This document shows positions 9,707-18,487 of a stretch of DNA of 54,909 nt, piece after piece; positions within the stretch are counted from its first letter, which is position 1, and every line of letters starts with the position of its first letter. The notes beneath the pieces are model-generated. The model searched no databases. It was not told the origin of the DNA and saw only the letters and a program-made list of their open reading frames with translations. The stretch is from a virus (lineage: Duplodnaviria; Caudoviricetes): positions 1 through 54,909 of the IMG/VR virus record IMGVR_UViG_3300050132_000156, one strand, 5' to 3'. Position numbers and translations under genes: made by a program.

Positions 9707-9752
9707 AAAAGGAGATAGAGGTAGCCAATTAAATCGCTAACTCTAACAAAAC

Positions 9753-10904
9753 ATGGCAGATCCTCTCTTTGACCAGTTGAGCGCCGTAACTTTAAGCGAC
9801 ATGCAGCGCGACGTCCTCGTCGACAACTTCTTCGTCGACGGGGCGTGGCAGCGGCTCACGCGCTACTACGCCGCCGAGCGTCCCTTCACTGGCGGTCTGT
9901 TCATGCAGATCCCGTTTCAGTACGACCGCGTGAACGGCGGTGCCTACACCCCGGGCGCGGACGTCCAGGTCGTCGAGAAGCAGATCATCGGCGCGATGGG
10001 ATTCATGCCCAAGGCATACAAAGAGGACATCGCCCTCAATCTGTTCCAGCTCGGCGTCATCAACAACGGGCCGGCCGCCGCGGTGAGCATCTACGATGCC
10101 TACTACGAGAACGCGACCTCGGCGATGAGCACCGATCTGAACATCGACGCCTATCAGCACGGCCAGCCCAATTCCTCGACGGTACTGCAGAACCGCACGC
10201 CGTTTATGGACGGCATGGACGAAGCCTGCAACGACGGCGTGAATCCGGGCTTCATGGGCAACGTCTACCCGCTCTACGGCGGGAACACCCGCAACGGCGT
10301 GGTGGGCAACACGCTGAACTCCGTGCCGCTGTGGGCCGGCGACCAGAACGGCAACCCCGGCCAGGTGACTTACTCGCTGCTGTTCGGCGCCTACCTGAAC
10401 TGCGTGCGCCCGCCGGACACCGGGCTGTGCAACAAGGCCTGCTTCCAGTACATCGGCGCGCGCAACGAGCCCAAGCAGATCTTCGCACAGGAAACCGACG
10501 TCCGCATCGGCCTGACGGGCTTCAAGATCATGGAGGCCTACATCCATGTTGACAAGCTCGCCCCGTCCACCAAATACGGGCAACTCCTGCCCGCCGGCCT
10601 GTCAATGACCACGGGCGTGCAGCCGCCGACGAGTTTCACAACCTCAGCCCTGACCGCCACGCAGAAGGCGATCTCGAACTACCCGGCCTCGACCGCCTGC
10701 AAACCCGGCGAGCCGTTCTGGTGGCTGCGGATGCAGGAGTGGCAGATCCGGCCGACCGACGATCCGGAGTACAACCACAACTTCACTCCGCTGATCCGGT
10801 CGCAGAGTAATCCGGATCTCGTTGTGGCCTTCTATAAACTGGCCCTCAACTATTACACCGAGTCCCCGCGCGACAACGTGGAGATCGTGGGAATCGGTTA
10901 CTGA
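9753..10904 (+). CDS. Major capsid protein
   Basis: 383 aa; follows the scaffold; strongly biased codon use. Confidence 0.75.
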   Translation: MADPLFDQLSAVTLSDMQRDVLVDNFFVDGAWQRLTRYYAAERPFTGGLFMQIPFQYDRVNGGAYTPGADVQVVEKQIIGAMGFMPKAYKEDIALNLFQLGVINNGPAAAVSIYDAYYENATSAMSTDLNIDAYQHGQPNSSTVLQNRTPFMDGMDEACNDGVNPGFMGNVYPLYGGNTRNGVVGNTLNSVPLWAGDQNGNPGQVTYSLLFGAYLNCVRPPDTGLCNKACFQYIGARNEPKQIFAQETDVRIGLTGFKIMEAYIHVDKLAPSTKYGQLLPAGLSMTTGVQPPTSFTTSALTATQKAISNYPASTACKPGEPFWWLRMQEWQIRPTDDPEYNHNFTPLIRSQSNPDLVVAFYKLALNYYTESPRDNVEIVGIGY

Positions 10905-10952
10905 CAACTTCGCAACCGCTTCGACCCTGGGCGCATACAAGGAGATTGAACC

Positions 10953-11693
10953 ATGGCATCCGGCAGATTCAGTAAGCAGGCTGCTCCGTTTTTCGGACAA
11001 GGCCGCGCGATCAATAACGGCTCTGGCGATTCGGTCGTCGGAGGCTCCCTCACGGGCGCCCCGTCCGGCATCGGCGCTACAGCATGGCAGCAGAACTTGC
11101 CGGGCGACCGCGTGATCTTCTCGCCCTCCGACGCTCTGGCGTACTCGAACAACAGCGTAGGCAATCTCTACACGGGAACCTACCGCTACGTCGGGACGCG
11201 CAACAACTCGACGTCCTCGCCGGTTCTCGGACGCGCGGCGTTCTGGGACTGCACGGCGACCGGGACGGGCAACAACATCAGTTCGGCGGCCTGCGATGCG
11301 CTTTATCAGGTGAACAGCGACGGCAACGCGACGGGCTACACGAACTCCCTGTTCGCCGGCGTCTACATCAACAACATCGCCAAGGGCAACTGGTGGTGGA
11401 TCCAGGAATCTGGCAAGGCAACCTGCCAGTTCCGTGCGGGGATCACCGGCACGGCGGCGATTGGAGCGGGCGTTTACGTCGTCGGCGGCGTGAACAACAA
11501 CAACGCGACCGACAACGGGGCCTTCGATCAGGTTTCCGGAGCGAACATCGGCACAGGCGGCGCCGCCGCGGCGAACTTCTACGCGAGCGTCGAAGCATTG
11601 CTGCTGGCGCATGTCGGGGTGGCCGAGACGCTCCCGGCCAACAACAACCTGGCGCTGGTCGACCTGTTCCCGATGCGATTTTTCCGTTGGTAG
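10953..11693 (+). CDS. Probable capsid decoration/cement protein, Asn/Gly-rich
   Basis: AAGGAG RBS; follows MCP; beta-rich composition. Confidence 0.55.
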   Translation: MASGRFSKQAAPFFGQGRAINNGSGDSVVGGSLTGAPSGIGATAWQQNLPGDRVIFSPSDALAYSNNSVGNLYTGTYRYVGTRNNSTSSPVLGRAAFWDCTATGTGNNISSAACDALYQVNSDGNATGYTNSLFAGVYINNIAKGNWWWIQESGKATCQFRAGITGTAAIGAGVYVVGGVNNNNATDNGAFDQVSGANIGTGGAAAANFYASVEALLLAHVGVAETLPANNNLALVDLFPMRFFRW

Positions 11694-11704
11694 GATTCGA
11701 GACA

Positions 11705-11731
11705 GCCGCCCGCAGGGGCGTGGATTGAAAC
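11705..11731 (+). CRISPR. Solitary type I-C-like CRISPR repeat unit 1
   Basis: GCCGCCC-GCAG-GGGCG-TGGATTGAAAC: stem-loop plus the type I-C 11-nt handle. Confidence 0.7.
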
Positions 11732-11768
11732 GAGACGGATTTCTTCCGAGTCACTTTGCAGCAGCCTT

Positions 11769-11797
11769 GGGGAGTAGGAAACTACTCCCCTCTTTTC
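11769..11797 (+). terminator. Intrinsic terminator of the capsid operon
   Basis: GGGGAGTAG-GAAA-CTACTCCCC followed by TCTTTT. Confidence 0.8.
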
Positions 11798-11805
11798 ATG
11801 TTTGA

Positions 11806-12072
11806 GTGTATGCTGATGGCATGCTGATCCGCATGGGCGCTTGCCCCGACACTCAGATCTCCGTCAGTTCCTTCGACGACACCGTGGCCCGCGAGAGGGG
11901 CCGGTTGCTTGCGGCCCAGGCAATGGCGAACAATCCCGAGCAGAAGCGCGTCGTGGAAGACACGTTTGGCGTTCAGTATTGCCGGAACCGTTACCCCGAG
12001 GCGTACTACAGCACGCTCAAGACGGGCATCGGGCGGCTTCTCGACAACATGAAAATCTTCCTGACGCAGTAA
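11806..12072 (+). CDS. Small hypothetical protein (start uncertain)
   Basis: 88-aa ORF ending at the -35 of the next promoter. Confidence 0.55.
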   Translation: MYADGMLIRMGACPDTQISVSSFDDTVARERGRLLAAQAMANNPEQKRVVEDTFGVQYCRNRYPEAYYSTLKTGIGRLLDNMKIFLTQ

Positions 12073-12101
12073 TTGACACCGTAAGCGGAATAGCTTATGA
12101 T
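12073..12101 (+). promoter_or_regulatory. Near-consensus sigma70 promoter for the HTH-HNH-methyltransferase cassette
   Basis: TTGACA, 17 nt, TATGAT; GTG start 7 nt downstream. Confidence 0.75.
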
Positions 12102-12108
12102 CTGAGGT

Positions 12109-12360
12109 GTGGAAAACAAAGAATGGCCCCGTCTACAGACCGCAATCCGGGACTACCGGGCCGTTGGTCTCAACGCCACTACGCTGTTAGAGATCATCAT
12201 ATGCCGACTCGTAAAGATCGTGAGCAATGACGGGCTAAGTGCCACTGCTCGCAGGATCGGCATAAGCGCCCAATACCTCCACGACGTAATCCACCACAAG
12301 CGCCCCGTTTCGGAGAACTTCCTCGACAAGATCGAAGAAACGGCAGGAGACGGGCTGTGA
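12109..12360 (+). CDS. XRE/Cro-like helix-turn-helix protein
   Basis: LSATARRIGISAQYLHDVIHHKRPVS HTH pattern. Confidence 0.75.
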   Translation: MENKEWPRLQTAIRDYRAVGLNATTLLEIIICRLVKIVSNDGLSATARRIGISAQYLHDVIHHKRPVSENFLDKIEETAGDGL

Positions 12361-12797
12361 GTTCAATCCTGGAGAAAATCATGGATAAGGTATCTCCTGA
12401 GCCCAACTCTGGATGTTGGCTGTGGATGGGTGCCCTCGGAAGGGACGGATACGGGCAGACGTCATTCCCCTATTTGTCTAAAAGCAGGAGGGCGCATCGG
12501 ATATCTTGGGAATTGTTCAGGGGGGAAATACCGAAAGGGATGGTCTTGGACCACTTGTGCCGGGTCCACTCTTGCGTAAACCCAGACCACCTACAGGTTG
12601 TTACGTCAGCGGAAAACATAAAGCGTGGATTTCGGGACAGAGCGCACAAGAAGCCGGATTGTTGCACCAAGGGCCATCCGTACGATGCGGAGAACACCTA
12701 CTTCTATGGGATCAAACGGGAGAAGCGAGGATGTAAGGCCTGCCGCAGAAAGAACGTTTCCAATTTCTGGAAAAGGAAGAGAACCGCTAGTGCCTAG
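12357..12797 (+). CDS. HNH homing endonuclease
   Basis: SGCWLWMG...RAHRISWE...LDHLCRVHSCVNPDHL, plus C-terminal CxKGH...CKAC. Confidence 0.88.
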   Translation: MSSILEKIMDKVSPEPNSGCWLWMGALGRDGYGQTSFPYLSKSRRAHRISWELFRGEIPKGMVLDHLCRVHSCVNPDHLQVVTSAENIKRGFRDRAHKKPDCCTKGHPYDAENTYFYGIKREKRGCKACRRKNVSNFWKRKRTASA

Positions 12798-14142
12798 CCT
12801 ATCGAACCGCAAGACCTTTTACACCCTCTCAGTCAACGACTACGAGCCCATGATCCAGGAACTCACGTTCCCGCTCATGGAGCAGTACGCCTTGAAGATC
12901 GGTGCCGACTTCGAGGTTATCGAGGAGCGCGAGTTCCCCTCTTGGCCGGTCCCGGTGGAGAAACTGCAGATCTCCCAAAAGGCAAAGGAAAACAGGGACG
13001 AGTGGAGCATCTATGCCGACGCGGATTGCCTCATCAGCCCGGACATGTTCGACGTAACCGAACATCTCCGCAAGGATACGGTCTGCCAGAACGGGCGGGA
13101 CTTCGCCGGAGTTCGGCTCAACGCGGACAAGTATTTCCGGCGCGACGGCCGCTGGACCGGGTGCTGCGGTTGGTTCACTGTCGCCTCGGACTGGTGTGCC
13201 TCCGACCTCTGGCGCATGCCCGACGACCTCACCCCCGAGCAGGCCATCCGCAACTGCCATAGCACCGTCGCCGAGCGGCTGTCTGGAGTCTGCGATGAAG
13301 GCCACCTCGTTGACGACTATCTCCTCGCCCGCAACATCGCGCGCTTCGGGCTGAAATACAAGACCGTGACCGAGATCTGCGCCGAGATCGGCTGGAAGAC
13401 ACCGGACGGGCGCGGCTTCAACCCGGCGCTGTGGCACATCTACGCCCTGCCGCGGGAAGAGAAGATTCGCCGGATGCTCTCGGTGCTCTACACGGAGCAT
13501 CAGCGGGTCATCCCCGACCCGGAGAATCCAAACAAGCCGCCAGTGGGCTCGGGCTGGGGCCTCATGTCGCACGACCAGGCAGCGGACTACATGGAGCGCT
13601 GGAAGAAGGAGATCTACTTCCCGCCGGCGCCCGAGATCCAGGGCTGGATGACGCACGTGGAACTCGACTGGCTGTTCAAGCAGGCCCGCGCACACCAGCA
13701 GATCGTCGAGATCGGCTCCTGGTTCGGCCGCTCCACGCACGCGCTCTGCACGGCCTGCGACGGCCATGTCTCAGCGGTCGATCACTTCCAGGGCTCACCG
13801 GCGGAACTGGCAGGACCGCATCAGTTCGCCAAGACCGGCGACGTCTTCGCGGAATTCTGGAAGAACTGCGGCGACTTCGACAACATGGAAGCCTTCAAGA
13901 TGCCGAGCGCGGAGGCTGCAGCACAGTTCGGGGACGGCTCGCTCGACATGGTGTTCGTGGACGGGGACCATACCAAGGCAGGCGTCCTGGCCGACCTGAC
14001 GCTGTGGCGGCCCAAGCTGCGCCCGGGCGGGCTGCTGTGCGGCCATGACCGTTACCAGGATGGCGTGCCGGCGGCGCTCACGGAGTTCTTTGGCGAGGCT
14101 CCTGCGGCGGTCGCGGGAAGTATTTGGGCAACGTCTGTATAA
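12790..14142 (+). CDS. Glycosyltransferase-like domain fused to a class I SAM methyltransferase
   Basis: DxD motif YADADCL; C-terminal EIGSWFGRST, AVDHF, DMVFVDGDH, LRPGGLLCGHD; start placed at GTG 12790. Confidence 0.78.
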   Translation: MPSLSNRKTFYTLSVNDYEPMIQELTFPLMEQYALKIGADFEVIEEREFPSWPVPVEKLQISQKAKENRDEWSIYADADCLISPDMFDVTEHLRKDTVCQNGRDFAGVRLNADKYFRRDGRWTGCCGWFTVASDWCASDLWRMPDDLTPEQAIRNCHSTVAERLSGVCDEGHLVDDYLLARNIARFGLKYKTVTEICAEIGWKTPDGRGFNPALWHIYALPREEKIRRMLSVLYTEHQRVIPDPENPNKPPVGSGWGLMSHDQAADYMERWKKEIYFPPAPEIQGWMTHVELDWLFKQARAHQQIVEIGSWFGRSTHALCTACDGHVSAVDHFQGSPAELAGPHQFAKTGDVFAEFWKNCGDFDNMEAFKMPSAEAAAQFGDGSLDMVFVDGDHTKAGVLADLTLWRPKLRPGGLLCGHDRYQDGVPAALTEFFGEAPAAVAGSIWATSV

Positions 14143-14147
14143 TTTTT

Positions 14148-14174
14148 GTCGCCCTTCTGGGCGTGGATTGAAAC
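14148..14174 (+). CRISPR. Solitary type I-C-like CRISPR repeat unit 2
   Basis: GTCGCCC-TTCT-GGGCG-TGGATTGAAAC; differs from unit 1 only at position 2 and in the loop. Confidence 0.7.
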
Positions 14175-14388
14175 AAAGTTGGTGCTTCAGGTGCATACTG
14201 ATAAGCGTATGAGCCATCATGATGAGCACGTGCCGCATTGGGTGCGCGAGATCGAGGAACGGCTCAATTCGTTACTGCACTCACGCCGCGAGATTATCGA
14301 ACTGCTCGAATGCCTCTTACATCCGCGCAGACGTCCTCGTCTGGCATTCTCTATTTCCTTTGAAACCGTTCGAGTCCAAGGAGTTAAC

Positions 14389-14733
14389 ATGACGTTTACG
14401 ATGCTTCCGACGCAGAACGTGTCGGCTGTGATTTCCCCCGTTCAGGCTGATGGCGTGACGCCTTCACTGGCAACGCTTTCGGCTCAGACCTACACCAGTT
14501 CGGATCCTTCCGTCCTCACGGCAGTGCAGGATCCGACCAACCCGAGTGCAGTTATTATCACTGGCCTCGGCGTGGCTGGCTCCGCGATCGTCACCGCGAC
14601 CGCGACTGCCACCGAGCCCGATGGTACGACCACGGAGGTCATCACCGGTGCCGTGACGGTCATCCTGGCCGTTCCTCCGCCCGCTCCGGCAGCCGCACTC
14701 GTGTTCACGTTCGGTACGCCGGTCGCGAACTAA
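14389..14733 (+). CDS. Ig-like (Big-2-type) virion protein; possible in-frame extension from ATG 14209
   Basis: AAGGAG RBS; TYTSSDPSVLTA...AIVTATATA beta-sandwich pattern. Confidence 0.6.
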   Translation: MTFTMLPTQNVSAVISPVQADGVTPSLATLSAQTYTSSDPSVLTAVQDPTNPSAVIITGLGVAGSAIVTATATATEPDGTTTEVITGAVTVILAVPPPAPAAALVFTFGTPVAN

Positions 14734-14769
14734 CGCTACACCACAAAGAGGGGGATAGCATCCCCACAT

Positions 14770-14809
14770 GCACGTAGGGCCGGAGGGGAAACTCTCCGGC
14801 CCTACGTGC
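14770..14809 (+). other. 18-bp GAAA-capped hairpin without U-tract
   Basis: GCACGTAGGGCCGGAGGG-GAAA-CTCTCCGGCCCTACGTGC. Confidence 0.75.
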
Positions 14810-14875
14810 GTCTGGCCTCAAAGTCCTTGAGCCTCAATCGTTTCTCCCCTATGCTGAAGGTGAGGTATTGCGTCC

Positions 14876-15238
14876 ATGGCTCTCAACAAGATCCCGGTCC
14901 AGGGCTACCCTTTTTCCGGTTCGGTGAAACGCCAGCAGTGGCTTGGCGACCTGACTGGAAACAACAACTACCAGCAGGCCGGAGATGTGATCTACGCCCG
15001 GGATTTCGGGATGGGCGGTTTCGAGACGTTCGGAATCCCCTTTAGCGGGTATTCGAATTCGGGGACTTATTACGCTCGGGCGTATCCTCCGACGACCGCA
15101 TCGAACTACACCGAGACGTTTGCCCCGGTCTACAACAACGTCACGGTGCATTGGTACTACGCGGCCAACTCTGCCGAAGTCGCCAACAATGCGAACCTTT
15201 CGGCGGAAGTGATTCGGCTCGACCTGCGCGGCGTCTAG
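14876..15238 (+). CDS. Putative virion protein
   Basis: GAGG RBS; Asn/Tyr-rich; within the structural block. Confidence 0.6.
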   Translation: MALNKIPVQGYPFSGSVKRQQWLGDLTGNNNYQQAGDVIYARDFGMGGFETFGIPFSGYSNSGTYYARAYPPTTASNYTETFAPVYNNVTVHWYYAANSAEVANNANLSAEVIRLDLRGV

Positions 15239-15248
15239 GAGGCTCGCG

Positions 15249-16238
15249 ATGAGCTTCGCCTCGATGGCATCGGAGGTCTCCGGCTCCGTGCCGAAGATGC
15301 CCGTGGACTACGCCTACACCTGCGTTAGTAGGGCGTACAAGGATGTCCGGCGGCAGAACCTCTGGTCGTTCCTGCTCTTCGACGCCAACTGGACCACGCC
15401 CTCGATCGTCAACGCCGGGACCGTGACTGTCACGCAGGGCACCAAGACGGTCGTATTCGACGCCGCGGCCTCGGCTGCGATCACGGCCATCGGAGCGTTC
15501 CCGAGCGCGGTTACGCAGCGCCAGTTCCGCATCGGCATCGGGACGATCTACAACATCTGGGCGATCAGCACAACGCTCGGGATCGTCACGCTCACGCTCG
15601 ACCGGAACTACCAGGAAGCCTCCGGGGCGGGCATCGCGTACATGATCTATCAGGTCTACTACGCGGCACCGATGCAGGATTTCTGGAGTTGGCTCTCGGT
15701 CATGGAGACGACCAACTTCAACGACCTCTTGACCACGAAGAGCCGGGCCTGGCTGAACGGAGTCGACCCGCAGCGCACGGTGTTCTACCTGCCCACCCAC
15801 GTCGTCCCCTACCAGAAGGATGCGAACCCGGCGAGCCCGACGTTCGGGTTCATGCTGTTCGAGCTGTGGGGCAGCCCGACGTTCAACCTGACCTATCAGT
15901 TGTACGGCATCCGCAAGGGGCTCGACCTCGTGAACGACGCCGACAATCTGCCGGCCGAAATTGGCGAGGATTGCGTCCTGGCGCTCGCCAAGAAGTACGC
16001 CTACGAGTGGGCCGAGGCGAACAAGGGCGACATGCCGCGCGCCGTGGGGTCGGACTACCGGTTCCTGATCGGGGACACAAAGAGCGAGTACAAGCGGCTG
16101 TACATGGAGTACCGGAAGCAGGACCGGGAAGTGGTGGACAATTGGCGGACGCGGCTGCGGCGGAACTGGACCTGGGGCACGCTTGAGGGCTACTACAGCA
16201 GCATCGCGGGCATAGCGAGTCCAGGGGCAAGTTGGTGA
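15249..16238 (+). CDS. Putative head-tail adaptor protein
   Basis: AGGAGG RBS; helical ends with a beta insert; function from position. Confidence 0.5.
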   Translation: MSFASMASEVSGSVPKMPVDYAYTCVSRAYKDVRRQNLWSFLLFDANWTTPSIVNAGTVTVTQGTKTVVFDAAASAAITAIGAFPSAVTQRQFRIGIGTIYNIWAISTTLGIVTLTLDRNYQEASGAGIAYMIYQVYYAAPMQDFWSWLSVMETTNFNDLLTTKSRAWLNGVDPQRTVFYLPTHVVPYQKDANPASPTFGFMLFELWGSPTFNLTYQLYGIRKGLDLVNDADNLPAEIGEDCVLALAKKYAYEWAEANKGDMPRAVGSDYRFLIGDTKSEYKRLYMEYRKQDREVVDNWRTRLRRNWTWGTLEGYYSSIAGIASPGASW

Positions 16239-16243
16239 AGACT

Positions 16244-17584
16244 ATGAAACAAATCATTGCAATTCTGTTTGTTGCTTGCGGGCTTCTGAGTGCGCAGGTG
16301 AATCCGCCGACCATCTGGCGTTCGTCCCGCACGACTCCGAGCGGGAACTGCGCTGCGGGGACGGGCGTCGAGACCATCCCCGGCGGCGTGCTCTACACCT
16401 GCCAGGCTGGCACGTGGGTTCAGATCTCAGGCGGCGGCGGGTCGAGCATCGCGCCCTTCACCACGGACGGGACGAACGTGACGCTGCCGAACGGCAACCT
16501 TTCGGTGGGGAATACGGTGCTTGATCCGGTGCAGGGAGTCAGCAACCCTGTGGCCGCCATGCTGCCAAAGTGGCGCCTAGCATTAGCCAATGTCAGGGCA
16601 GGCATTGCTGATGCCAACATTCTCTGTATGGGTGATTCAACGACAGCGGGAGCGGGGGGGCCGAATTCTGCTACAGTACCGCAACTTGATTCCGCCTGCT
16701 GGCAACTAGGGGTAATGTTGGCAACGGATGGCATACCCTGGGCTCCGGGGTTTTTGCCGATGGGCAACCCGGCTCACCCAGTCCATAACGCTCAGCTGAC
16801 ATATGGGACAGATTGGACGGACGCTACATTTGGGTTCTCTGGGTCATCGAGTTTAAAGACTACAACGGACGCATCCAACTTAGTGTTCACGCCCGCCGGT
16901 GGTTTCGCATATGACCGCTTTGACGTTTACTACGTTAGGAACACTGGGGATGGCACACTGACAATGACCGCTACGGGAGGCACGCCTGTTGTGCAATTAA
17001 CTGCTGGCACCGGCGCTCTGCTGAAGGTGACCGTGAGTGCAGCTACTGCCGCAACCAATAATACCCTGACAATCGTCCCAAGCAGTGGAACCGTTTACGT
17101 CTGGGGGATTGAGCCGTGGCTATCGACAACGAAGCGAGTACGAATAGGAAACGCAGGGCAGTATGGCACGACGAGTTCCCAGTGGGCTTTGACCGGTCCA
17201 TTCTATACTCCGGGTGCGGTAACCCTGTACTCTCCTAATTTATCTATCTGTTCACTCGGCATCAACGACGCGACGACCAGTGTATCGCCTGCCACGCTGC
17301 AAACTAATTTGCAGGCAATTATTACCTCTGCCGAAACCACAGGAGATGTGATGCTTTGGACAATGCCCCCATCCAGCGGATCTCCATACACGACAGTTGA
17401 GCCAACGTATCAGGCCGTATATGCGAGTCTCGCCACAACCAACAATGTTCCGCTGGTAGACATTTGGAAACGATTTGGGGGTGTGTGGAACTCATCGTGG
17501 ATGAACGATTTTACCCATCCAAATCTAGCGGGTTACTGGGATATTGCCAGCGCAATCTATAGGACTCTGCGGCAAGCGCAGTAG
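16244..17584 (+). CDS. SGNH/GDSL esterase-domain protein with signal-peptide-like N-terminus
   Basis: GDSTT block I, SLGIND block III, DFTHPN block V; MKQIIAILFVACGLLSAQ. Confidence 0.8.
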   Translation: MKQIIAILFVACGLLSAQVNPPTIWRSSRTTPSGNCAAGTGVETIPGGVLYTCQAGTWVQISGGGGSSIAPFTTDGTNVTLPNGNLSVGNTVLDPVQGVSNPVAAMLPKWRLALANVRAGIADANILCMGDSTTAGAGGPNSATVPQLDSACWQLGVMLATDGIPWAPGFLPMGNPAHPVHNAQLTYGTDWTDATFGFSGSSSLKTTTDASNLVFTPAGGFAYDRFDVYYVRNTGDGTLTMTATGGTPVVQLTAGTGALLKVTVSAATAATNNTLTIVPSSGTVYVWGIEPWLSTTKRVRIGNAGQYGTTSSQWALTGPFYTPGAVTLYSPNLSICSLGINDATTSVSPATLQTNLQAIITSAETTGDVMLWTMPPSSGSPYTTVEPTYQAVYASLATTNNVPLVDIWKRFGGVWNSSWMNDFTHPNLAGYWDIASAIYRTLRQAQ

Positions 17585-17655
17585 GCAACCTTTTCGTTTT
17601 GGGCAGTGCTCGAATGGGCGGAGCCAGTACGGCGTCCGCCCACAGTTGGAGGCGG

Positions 17656-17904
17656 TTAGATGTACGAGGGAACGCAGCGGTTGTAATCCGCGCGGATGTT
17701 CTTGTTGGTCGGGTGCAGGTAGTAAGACATAGTGGTCGAGATAAACGTGTGGCCAAGCAACGCCTGAATCGAATAGACGCTCGCCCCACGGCTCAGGAGC
17801 GAAGTGGCAAGCGAGTGCCGGAAGAGATGCGGCCACACCCGGCCCTCAATGCCGCATCGCTTTGCCATGACCCTGACGAACTTCCGAATGTCTTGGGTCT
17901 GCAT
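17656..17904 (-). pseudogene. C-terminal fragment of a XerC/D-like tyrosine recombinase
   Basis: PHLFRHSLATSLL...IQALLGH...STTMSYY; in-frame stop just upstream; N-terminal part absent. Confidence 0.8.
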
Positions 17905-17940
17905 CTGGTGATGGTTCCGTGGGAATTAAGTACCTGAACC

Positions 17941-18228
17941 ATGCTGAAACTCACCGAAGTAATGCTTCACGAAGAGCGCCCGCAGCGCCGGTCTTCTGAC
18001 GTGGAGCAATGGATTCGGCTTGCGGTATCCGAGCATCCACACATCACGGTAGATGATTTTCTGTGTGGCGAGCGGGACGATCACGGCCATGTGCGGCCGA
18101 CGGGCTACACCGGCTGGTTCTGGCTTCTTGGCAGGGGCTCGTCGCCCGCTTGTGTGTCGCGGGTGTGCTCGCAGATGCAGTGCTATCCGGCAACGCCGGT
18201 TGCGGATCTTCTGGAGGTTACGGCATGA
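17941..18228 (+). CDS. Hypothetical protein
   Basis: ORF with ATGA coupling to the next gene. Confidence 0.45.
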   Translation: MLKLTEVMLHEERPQRRSSDVEQWIRLAVSEHPHITVDDFLCGERDDHGHVRPTGYTGWFWLLGRGSSPACVSRVCSQMQCYPATPVADLLEVTA

Positions 18229-18389
18229 CGGACGCTGAACGCATTGCGGAACTTGAGGCGCAAGTCGCGCAATTGACCAAAGAACGCGACGAGGCGAGGT
18301 GCGGGCTGGAGATCATGGAAGGCGCGGCGAACATTGCCATTGCGGCTGCGAAGCTCGCGGCAGCACAATTAGAGCAAGCGAGCAAGTGA
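18225..18389 (+). CDS. Small coiled-coil protein (MTDAERIAELEAQV...)
   Basis: GGAGG RBS; heptad pattern. Confidence 0.55.
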   Translation: MTDAERIAELEAQVAQLTKERDEARCGLEIMEGAANIAIAAAKLAAAQLEQASK

Positions 18390-18487
18390 ACCATATTGAA
18401 AATCCTCACGGATTCCGACGTTCACATTCCGCGGCCGCATCCGTTGCCGCCGCCTCATCCGCCGAACCCCTATTGAGGAGAATCCGC

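Noticed and set aside
12625-12789. N-terminal extension of the methyltransferase ORF
   Set aside because: Overlaps the HNH gene; GTG 12790 with a purine-rich RBS is the more plausible start
11705-14174. Conventional CRISPR array or cas locus
   Set aside because: Only two repeats 2.4 kb apart and no cas1/3/5/7/8 genes
17656-17904. Functional integrase implying a temperate lifestyle
   Set aside because: Only the last ~80 aa are present, with an upstream in-frame stop
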